From Strigamia acuminata (Eukaryota), in the NCBI GenBank assembly GCA_949358305.1, contig OX442314.1, positions 12,958,001-13,022,000 on the forward strand: DNA of 64,000 bases, in the 5' to 3' direction. The position numbers were made by a program, and so were the translations under genes. This document shows, in pieces, positions 54,340 to 64,000 of this stretch (position 1 is its first letter; each line of letters begins with the position of its first letter). The notes below the pieces were generated by a model. It saw only the letters and a list, made by a program, of their open reading frames with translations. It was not told the origin of the DNA and made no database searches.

Positions 54340-55873
54340 ATGGAGGAAGTACGAACACGTGTAACTTTACGCGAACACAATCTAGTAAATGTATGAATTT
54401 CTAACTATGAATTTTTTTGAAAAATTAATCTATTAAATTTTTTTTTTGTATTTTTTCATAGACCCGAGCAACTGACTTTCCTGGGAATTACGTGGGATAT
54501 AACGACAGTTGGGATTTTGATAAGTTCAAGAAGGTTAAAAAACGGATCGAAAGATGTCTAATAGTCCAAAATATTAAAACAAAATGTATTTTTGCAGAAT
54601 TTTAGTGTCAAGTTTGTTCGCAAGGAAGAAAATCTTCTCGAATTTGACATGGTGGGAATCGATGCGTCCATTGCGAATGCATTCAGGCGGATATTAATAG
54701 CCGAAGTACTGCGATATGAATGGCTAAATCGTCTTAAATGATGTTAATTGTGTTTGATTTAAGGTTCCAACGATGTCTGTGGAAAAGGTTTTTGTTTACA
54801 ACAACACGTCAATCATTCCAGACGAAATTTTGTCTTCCAGACTCGGCTTAATTCCTATTAAAGCCGATCCTAGATTATTTGAGTACAGACAACCAGGTAA
54901 ATTCGACAGAAGTTAGGTGTAAAATAATATGAAGCCAATAACAATAATTTTTTTTTAAAAGACGATTCGAAGGGTTCGGAAGAAAACACTTTGGAATTTC
55001 ACTTGAAAGTTCGTTGTAGTAAACGCCCACACGCGGCCAAAGATGCGACATCTCGCGATGAATTGCACATTAATCATTCGGTCTATTCTGGAAACATTAA
55101 ATGGGTTCCGCTAGGAAATCAAGCTTCGATGGTAAAATTGAATTTTTTTAATTTGCAACATTTAAATTTTGTTTTTAAATTTGGTAGTATCAAGAAGAGG
55201 AGGTCGGTCCGGTTGAAAAGGATATTTTAATAGCCAAATTACAACCTGGTCACGAAATTGATATTAAAATGCACGCTGTGAAGGGAATTGGGAGAGACCA
55301 TGCAAAGTTTTCCCCAGTTGGTAAGTGAAAATGTGCTTTTAATTGATTTAATAATCTGTTTTGACTTTTTTTAATGATGTAAATTTTAGCACCCGTTTCG
55401 TACCGATTACTTCCGGAGATTATTTTGACTAAACCCATAATGAATGACGATGCTGTTCGATTACAAGGTTGCTTTTCAGAGGGCGTGATTGGAATTGAAG
55501 AAACAAAAGGTATAAATAATTTAAACTTATAATATTTTTGTATTTTTATGTTTTTTTTTTTATATTCCAGATGGAAAAATCGCTAAAGTTGTCAATCCAC
55601 GAATGGATACGTGCAGCCGTAATGTGATGCGACACGAAGATTTAAAACCTTTTGTTAAAATGCAAAGAGTTCGAGACTATTTCATTTGTAAGTTTTTTTT
55701 TTTTTTTAATAATTTAAATATTACAAATTAATTTGGTTTTATTTTCATATTTCATAGTTTCCATCGAATCCACGGGCGCTTTAGCACCGGATGTTTTGTT
55801 TTGTGAAGCAATCGGAATATTAAAAAGAAAATGTAAAACATTTTTAGACGAATTGGATTATGATAAGAAATAA
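54340..55873 (+). CDS. POLR1C: RNA polymerase I/III subunit RPAC1 (AC40), multi-exon
   Basis: [85 protein letters not shown]. Confidence 0.96.
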
Positions 55874-55878
55874 ATTAG

Positions 55879-57598
55879 TTACACCAAAAAATATATCAAA
55901 ATAAAAATATTTATACTTAAAAACATTAAAAAATCCTGATGGCTTAATTTCGCTTTGAAATTATACGTAAATGGATAAAAGAAATCGTGCGGCACCGAAA
56001 TGTCTATCACCGGTATAGGTGCGAACACGTCAACAGGTTCTGTAGTGACATCAGTGAAAATAACTGATAAAAAGAATGGAATTTTGATATATGAAGTTAT
56101 CGATGAATCATATTTCAAACATCCAAAAATCTCGCTGGAACTTGCATATTCCGCCTTGGCACCAATTATTTTGGCTTGTGAATTACTTTCAAATCCAAAA
56201 TACGCGTAAATCAGATTGACACGAATCGCCGAAACGTAATCCGAACAATCGGACGAGGTGAACTCGTTTGGTAAATTGGAAAAATGAATTGGAACCCAAT
56301 CATTTGCGTTATGCGGATCCGAATTTCCATACGCACCAATATGAGTTGGAAGATTTTTGTATAAGATCATTTGACTGAATTGACTTAACAATCCGCAGCT
56401 TTCACGTAAATCGCTCGCATTTAAACTCACAATGCACGTCGTAATCACATTTTCGCCAAATGCAATTGGATACGTATGGCCAGTGAAACAATTTTCGTCC
56501 AGACCAGCATCAATAACTTGAAACCAAGGATTGGAATCGTATTCTATGCGATTCTGTTCCAACCGACCTGCGAGAATGTATTTGTTTTTCATATAGCCTG
56601 GATTGCCACTCAGTTGAGTTTCTTCTAACTCGTCAGATAATTTGAAAGTGACGGAGAATTTTTGTTTAAAATATAACGATTCGTTCAAATAAACGACGTT
56701 TGTTAAGAGAAATTTTACGATAATTCGATCCACGGTGTCGGGTGGAGTGCAAAACATAAAATAATGAACTTCTTCGACCATGTTTTGACACACATCATCG
56801 TTAAAATTGGGTGCAATCAAATTTGCGTTTTCGCAGTTGTTTATGTCGTCGACGCAAGTCAAATACGTGATCTAAACACAGAATGAACGAATATTTAATT
56901 TAGATATTAATGTTGATTGATTTTAATGTTACATCGTCTGAATTTTTCAATAATGCGATGTTTTGGTACGTCAATGAGTTCAGATTTTCATTTTCGATAC
57001 AATCGTGTTCGAGTGATGGAATAAACTGTGCACATTCGGTCGTGTAATCTTGCATAATCGTCACAGCAGTTTGAGAATCGCACAAATTTGAAAATACTGA
57101 ATATGGTAATCCTAATAAAAATGAAAAAAATTAATTAAGATGATTAAAAAATCAATATATTAATAAATGTTTACCAAACACTTGACTTTGATTATTCGAC
57201 AATTCCATTGGAATTAAATGCGAATAATCGGCAGTATTCGACAGATGATCATACATATTTCTCGCGGTCTCGTAATCTTTATCCGGACAAAGATGTCGTT
57301 CCTCGTTATTCTCACGGTAAATGCATAAGAAACTTTTCGAATCTTCGCTGCGGCTGCTGCTGCGATTTGTCGTGGGGTGGTAGCAAAGGAGATCATCAAA
57401 TTGCGGTTGGACTTTAATGCAAGCACCGAATACAGAGACGTCTTCTTCTGTACAATCGCTGTCGCAACAGCAATTAATATCGCACGCAGAAGTGTGTAGA
57501 TCGCATAAACATTCATCGTAAGATTCGTAACTAATAATTGTCTTCACTGTAAATGTTTGGATTGAAATTACAAACAAAGCATTGACCCAAAAGCGCAT
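55879..57598 (-). CDS. TCTN: Tectonic-family protein (ciliary transition zone, DUF1619), 3 exons
   Basis: Signal peptide; CLCDLHTSACDINCCCDSDC cysteine motif; LSGNPGY; FGENVITTC; IGAYGNSDP; DFFYPF followed by a hydrophobic C-terminal tail. Confidence 0.92.
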
Positions 57599-57830
57599 AA
57601 TAAAGACTTCTCGGGGTGAAAAATCATTCATAAACGACCTAAATCGTCAGTTTAGTTGCAAATAAAATAATTACACGCATCAAAAAGGTATAATTATACT
57701 TTACCGGCCACCTCTCAGATCGTCTCCAAAATCAAGGGTGGGAAATCGAATGGCAAGGCTACTTGACTTGAATTGGATGGCGTTGATGGTTAACGGAAAA
57801 TTCAAATTTTCGCATAATTTTAGAATCATT

Positions 57831-57845
57831 CACTAGATGGCAGCA
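57831..57845 (+). promoter_or_regulatory. CTCF-like motif
   Basis: CACTAGATGGCAGCA closely matches the CTCF core CCACYAGRKGGCRS. Confidence 0.4.
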
Positions 57846-58175
57846 CCTTGGTGGCAGGTACAGCAAGCATATCTTTTTTCCCACAGCGACACTACCGATC
57901 ATTGGCAGTCAGGGGAAAAAAATATATTCCAACCAACCGGCCGCAACCTGCAAAGCATCATGGGAAGTCACACCTTTGTCACACTTTTGTCGTGAAGATT
58001 CAAGTCGAGATTCGTCCGAAGAGTGGCATGAGTGGCATTTAATTTGGAGGTATTGTAACAATATTTTATTGAGAAAGGAGCTGAAAGTGTCGTTTTTGTC
58101 TTTCAAATCTGGGCAAATTTGTTTCGTCGATATTTGCATAGCTTGAGTCATGAAATTTGCTCTAGTCTAGCTATT

Positions 58176-58198
58176 AGTTTCGGTTTCGGTTTCGGTTT
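58176..58198 (+). promoter_or_regulatory. Triple ISRE/IRF-type element upstream of sacsin C (a second one in intron 1 at 59537..59553)
   Basis: AGTTTCGGTTTCGGTTTCGGTTT; AGTTTCGGTTTCGGTTT at 59537..59553. Confidence 0.55.
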
Positions 58199-58719
58199 GT
58201 ACGTTTTGACTTAATAATGATTTTTTAAGGAATACTAATTAAATAACTACGATTCAATACAGAGTCGTATTTCATAGGAGGTTTCGGACAATCTACACAA
58301 CCGTCACGTTACAAACCAGCGTTCAATCATTTTGAGTCGCTTCCGGTCTGACTTGTGACTTGTGAGGTGTGAGCTGTACTGATAACCCAATCAGACGATC
58401 ATTTTTTTTATTTTTTTATTTATTTTTTTTTAATTTACCATTTTTTTTTTAATTTACCATTTTCTTTTGAAGAAAAATTTTATTTAAAAAATTAAAAAAT
58501 TTAAATTTAGTGGTTTTTTTTTAAAAAATATATTTTTGTTGGTTATTTCTAGTTATCCAATTCTCACCGGAGAGCGAAATAACGCGAAGTCGATTGGCTT
58601 CCATTGTGCGGTGAGACGTTTCAAAACAAGACCATTTTTCTACGTTTGCCTCGGCTCATTGTTAGATGAAAGACAGTATTGTTTAGTACTGGATTCCCAA
58701 GGAGAATTTTTGGATTAAA

Positions 58720-61700
58720 ATGTCTTCAGACGAAGGTATTACTACCTAAAATCTTCGTCCAAGCTAAAATTAAGAAAGAAAAAAGAAAACTATAAACTAT
58801 TACCATAGATGTTGTTTCTTCGTCCATATTAAATGATTTCAGAAACGAGTAAATTTAAAATTGATTAAGAAATCGATTAAGAATCAAAATCAAAACGGAA
58901 AAGTTCGGTTTAGTTGTTTGATAAGTTTTAATGGCTATTGTAACTGCTATTCACAGTAGCCATCAGTAGGAAAAATACTTGCTCTAAATGTTCATTCTAT
59001 GAAATCTCATTGGGTAAAATCAATTTTAACAGGAAGATAAGCAGTGGTGCAACTACAACGCAACGTTACAGTTTGTGGAGTTACTTTAGTCCGAAAATGA
59101 CACTCAAAAATGTTGGAAATAAACCTGAACTTAACCTAACCTAACCTGGCTTAGCCTATCCTTAACCTAACCTAGAATAGGCCAGGCCAGGTTAGGTTAG
59201 GTTTATTTCCAACACTCTTGAGTGTCATTTTCGAACTCAGGAGGCTTTATTTTATAAGTTTACAAAATTTTGGCCCATTCTGAAACGGGCCATATTCTAA
59301 AGTAACTCCACAAACTGTAACGTCGATAAAACGTGCGTCGAATGGATGTACCGTCGACAAGACGTGCGTCGACAAGATGTACCGTCGACAAGACGGAAGC
59401 AAGTAGTTGGTCGACTAGCCGACCAAAAAATTATCTTCGACTAAACGACTTGTCGACAAAACGGCTGGTCGACAAGATGATCCGTTTTGCGCGACTGTCG
59501 ACTAAACGACCGTCGACTAAACGATCTGACCCGATAAGTTTCGGTTTCGGTTTAATTAATTAAATCAAATTTGTTCACTATTCATGGGGACACTTGAAAA
59601 CAGGGGGGGGGGGGGGCATGTAAGTCCGAAAAGGTGTGATTGTGAGAAGACGTTCAAAATCTTTCTCAAATTTTAGGGAGTCTGATGGATTCATGGAGAT
59701 TCAGACGGATTCAAAAAGATTCACGAATATTCAACGCCATTTTTTTTCTTCTAAAATTTATCTTATTTTTCCGAATATTTTTGTGTTCTTTTCCTTGAAC
59801 AATTGTAAGACCATCTGAGACGAGGGTTATGTCGAGGATTATGTTTCCATGAGAAGGATTTGGAAACTTTTTGTGGTTCAGAAGATTCTGTTCTGGAGAT
59901 CCAGAAATAATCTCATGCAAATCAGCCAGAGATATTATGAGATATTGCGAACTATACTGAAATCAGTTCACTTTCTCGACGTCACTTGTCTACAAAGCGA
60001 CCTGGTCGACATGGTGACGTCGACAACACAGTATTTTTCATTACTTTTTTTTATTTTTTTTCCAACAAACAAATTTTAGGTTTTTTTGTTGTTTGAAATT
60101 TTTTTTTTGATTTTAAAATAAGACACTCCCTAATTAAGCTTAATTTGATGTATTAGGTAATATTACACGTTCCTTTCCTTTATATTTAACAATGTACATA
60201 AAAAATAGACTTATTGAACAATTGTTTCAGCAAATGAGCTTTTATTTGCTCTTTTTGTTGTCTAATATTACTAATTTTTGTTTTTTGTACTTTAACTGTG
60301 GACTAGAAATTACGAATCATTTAATTCTAAATTCAATAATTTTTTTGAATGAGGGACAGGAGAGAGGCAAGAAAAGGGCTAATTAAATAATTGCAGCAAA
60401 ATATGAATATATATATACAGTATTTACTCATAATAATAATAACAACCAAAATACTTTGAACACTTTTATTTTTATTTCAATTTATTTACTTATTTTATCA
60501 AAATTCGCCACAGGATGGTGTCAAAACTGTTATCATGATTTATTCTTTTTGTTTATTTTTTATTTTTACTCAATAATAATTTGTATCAAATATGAAGGAG
60601 CAGAGGGAAAAAACGTCGCTAAACCGACACGATATGAGGAATTTTAAGCAACAAAGAATTTTTTTTTAGCTTTTGTTGCATTTTTCACAAAAATTGTTTA
60701 TTTCACAGAACGTTTCGGCCCAACAGTGCCACCGCTGTCTGTTTTTATTCAGGGAATATTAAATCGCTACCCAGACGGTGGCCAAATCTTGAAAGTATAT
60801 AAGCAGAAATAATTGATTTATATGATACTGAACTGATTCAATACTAGGAATTGTTGCAAAATGCGGAAGATGCAGGCGCTAGTGTCGTCAAGTTTCTGCA
60901 CGATAAAAGCACTTTCGACAGAAACAATCTTCTATTACCAACTCTACAAGACTGTCAAGGTCCTGCACTTTGTGTATTCAACGATGCGGAATTTCAAGAA
61001 TGTGACTGGAAAGGTAATACTCATTCTTAAGTGTAAAAAATAGATTTTTAATTAAAAATTATGTTCATATTTTAAATGCAGGGATTCAAAATCCACAGCG
61101 CTCGCACAAATCCGACAGTGTGTTGAAAGTTGGGAAATTTGGGATTGGATTTAATTCTGTTTACCACCTAACAGGTTGAGCTCAACAAAAATAAATTTTT
61201 ATGTTGATAGATTGTTTTTTCTCTTCATATTCAGATATCCCATGGCTGCTAAGTGGTCGGAAGTTAGTAGTGATTGAACCAACCGAAAAATTATTGAATG
61301 GAAATCTACGAAACCTAGTGGAAAAAAGAAGCGGCTTCCACTGGAATTTAAACAATGCTCGGCATCAACAGGAGATAAGCAGCCATTGGCAACAGTTTTT
61401 GCCTATAGACGATGCAGCTTGTGCAATTCATGGACAAAAGGCATCGTTTACTACGCAATGGCAGTTTGAAGGAACCTTATTTCGACTACCATTCAGACCG
61501 AAGCCTTCAGACATGTTGTCCCCTACTGTTTACACGGACCAAATGGTAATTTCTAAAGAAATTAATTTAGTAAATCTATTTGACTTTGAACAAAATTTTA
61601 GATTCAAATGTCGTTTAATGAGTTTGTTGGAGATGGCGCAGGTCTATTATTGTTTTTATTCAAAGTGGAAAAGATAGAGTTGTTGCATAAGAACTTGGGT

Positions 61701-64000
61701 AATCCAGCTCAGCTTCAATACGCTGTGACAATTGCCAGTGACGACAATAAAAGAGTGAAACAAGACAAAAGTCTCTTTTCTGAAGTGAGTAAAATTCGTC
61801 ATTGCTGTTTCGTGTTACAAATTGTTATCTCCGCAGAAAATAAAAAACGTTGCAAATATACGGAAAAGAAATGAATCGGTATCTCAGTGTCTCAAAATGG
61901 ACATGCATTTCGGCATCGAAGAAGTAATCGATGGAAATTTGACGGAGAAGAAATGGATCGTGTCTCATTTCCTTCCTAATCAATCCGAAGCTCCCAGAGC
62001 TTGGTCTCTGGAGACCGATGTTAGAAGACTCCCATGGGTGTCGGTAGCGGCCCAAGTGGGGCAGGCAGTTGAAGGTTAAACGATCTAAAAGTGTAAACTA
62101 ACAAATGCTTCAACTGTTTATTGCACATTTTTAGGAAGTCTCTTCTGTTTCCTACCGTTGCCTAGAAATTCGGACCTGGTCACTGGTTTGCCTATTCACA
62201 TCAATGCTTTCTTTGGAATAGAGGACAACAGGCGAAGTTTAAAATGGCCGGGTGTAGATCAAGCTCGAGATGTGGATGCTCAATGGAATGAAGCATTACG
62301 TGATGGTACAATTGTTATTTTCTTACGTGAAATTTCAACTTTTGGCAATAACTTTCTTTTGATTTGTAGAAGTCATTCCGTACGCTTACGTCCAGTTAAT
62401 TTGCTACTGCAGAGATAAATTTGACGTCGCTTCTTATTCGTTATGGCCGGAAATAAACAAGGTTCACGAACGATGGAAGTTGTTGTTGGATAAATTTTAC
62501 GCATTACTTTTCAAACAAGCTGTGCTGAAGGTAAAATTGGAAGCTGGTGTGAAAGTGTTGTACTTGTATGTATGATACCGAACTTTTTAAAATTAGGTTT
62601 CTAGCAGCGGAAACTGGACCAACTTGAGTAACAACGTGTATGTAGACAATTTAGACAGCATATGCCAGCCTGACATTTCAGCTGCAGTTCGGCAATGGTT
62701 GAATGCTGTGCAAACCTGCTATGTCCACGCTCCCGAAAATGTCATCGCAGGAATTGAAAACTATTCACGAGCAATTAAAGGAGTTGTGAATTATATCACG
62801 CCCGCCGTCGTTCGTAATGAATTGACAGTAAAATGTCAAAATTGGAACATTGGAGGTAATTTAATGGGTTTTTTTAAGAGTGTTATTTGTTTTTTTAATT
62901 AAAATTTTTTATTTCTTGCTCGAAGATCTTCAAAGTCGCGTGTTGCTACTTCAGTATTTCGTCACAAGAAGTGTGATCCCATACGATTTTCACCCGATAA
63001 TCAATCAAGTACTGAATTTGCCATTAATCCCTTTACTGAATGGTGGATTTGGTTCATTGTATTATCCACAATCGAACGGTGTGATATACTTGATGTCCAG
63101 AAAACATCAAGAATTACTTCCTTCAATGCAACATTGCACCACCAATGTTGAAGTACTATCTGGAGAAGTTGTGACATTTTTAACAGATGTTGCCGGTAAG
63201 TTTTAAAATTATTCGTCAATCGGGAATAATTGACCATTTATTCGCAACAGGTATGCAATATGGGGTAGAGAAAATCAATGAAACCAATTTTCCAACTATT
63301 CTCAGAGGCGTTCTACCCGATTTGTGGAAAGGTCAGAAAAATTTCAATTGCAATTTGAATACCAATAACTTCCCGAACAAGACGTGGCTGCTGAAGTTGT
63401 GGGAACTTATACGAGCGGACTATCCGAACGACCTTTCACTCTTTGTGGGAATAACTATACTCGAATGCAGTGCGCAGAATGGTTACTCGAACCTTATTTC
63501 GCTACCAAATCAGAATGAGAGTGTTCTATTCGTGCAAGGTGCGTTTTCTCTTAATTTGGAGCAACTGTTGACTTCTGCCGATGCCATGTCGGTTCCTTCC
63601 ACGATCATGCAGCAACACAAAGCGTTGGAGAAATGTATTAACGTTGGGAGTATAACAAATTTGATAAAATTGCTGCAAAACTGCGATGGCCAAAAGCTAC
63701 AAGTTTCCCTGAACGCAAATCTCGCCGCAAGAAAAGAACTAGTGGCATTTCTTGCAAAATTCGTCCACGAAATTCCACCAGAAGGAAGAAATATTCTACG
63801 AAAACTAACATTATTCGAAATGCTGGTCTTGCCAAGGAATATTAAAGCTAGTACCGCAGCAGTTTCGGTCGATTATTGTTGCACAAACTGGCAGAACATG
63901 AAGACAGTTAATTTTGAAGGATTGCCATTGCAGATCCAGTCGGATGTACCGTTGCTGGATTGCAGAAATTCGGAGTGTTCCACTTTGGCTCAGTGGTTGG
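58720..64000 (+). CDS. SACS: Sacsin-like protein, paralog C (partial, 5' part; recent inverted duplicate of paralog B)
   Basis: Exon 1 ATGTCTTCAGACGAAG|gt at 58720; exon 2 from 60709 ([29 protein letters not shown]). Same exon chain as B with no stops noticed up to the window end. Confidence 0.9.
59064..59322. mobile_element. MITE-like / foldback non-autonomous element in intron 1 of sacsin C
   Basis: Perfect 26-bp terminal inverted repeats: CGTTACAGTTTGTGGAGTTACTTTAG at 59064..59089 and its reverse complement at 59297..59322. Nested internal inverted repeat with (aacct)n/(aggtt)n. Absent from the paralogous intron of B. Confidence 0.8.
59321..59532. repeat. GTCGAC-rich repeat (probable MITE fragment)
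   Basis: About 8 GTCGAC(A/T)A units; not present in paralog B. Confidence 0.7.

Larger units (their letters stand above)
57945..64000 (+). repeat. Right arm of the inverted segmental duplication (partner 36059..40559); continues past the window end
   Basis: Homology starts at aacctgcaaagcatcatgggaa (reverse complement of ~40527..40559) and continues to 64000, interrupted by insertions in intron 1. Confidence 0.93.

Overview
AT-rich, intron-compact animal genomic DNA, probably invertebrate; (TTAGG)-type motifs in one MITE weakly hint at an arthropod. From left to right the window holds: (1) a ~3.9-kb near-perfect palindrome ending near a 200-N scaffold gap; (2) the 5' end of an LTR retrotransposon with a tRNA-Pro primer-binding site; (3) a cluster of three sacsin-like genes. 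Paralogs A and B are complete (GHKL-ATPase repeats, J-domain, HEPN-like end); A has 2 repeats and B has 3. Paralog C is a partial, recent inverted duplicate of B. (4) An apparently intact 5.2-kb P-like DNA transposon (14-bp TIRs, 8-bp TSD) sits exactly at the first splice donor of paralog A. (5) A decaying POLR2F copy. (6) A very compact, strictly alternating block of eight genes (MPG, NPRL3, FSIP1-like, WDR27, PPP2R3C, AP2S1, POLR1C, TCTN) lies between the inverted sacsin B and C arms. The best candidate for an undescribed system is the sacsin cluster. All three paralogs carry tandem ISRE/IRF-type elements (AGTTTCGGTTTC) in intron 1 and/or the promoter, repeat number differs between the complete paralogs, and copies are still duplicating. 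This suggests an IRF-inducible, possibly antiviral, sacsin family; that function is inference and untested. Gene models were spliced by eye, so internal exon boundaries are approximate.
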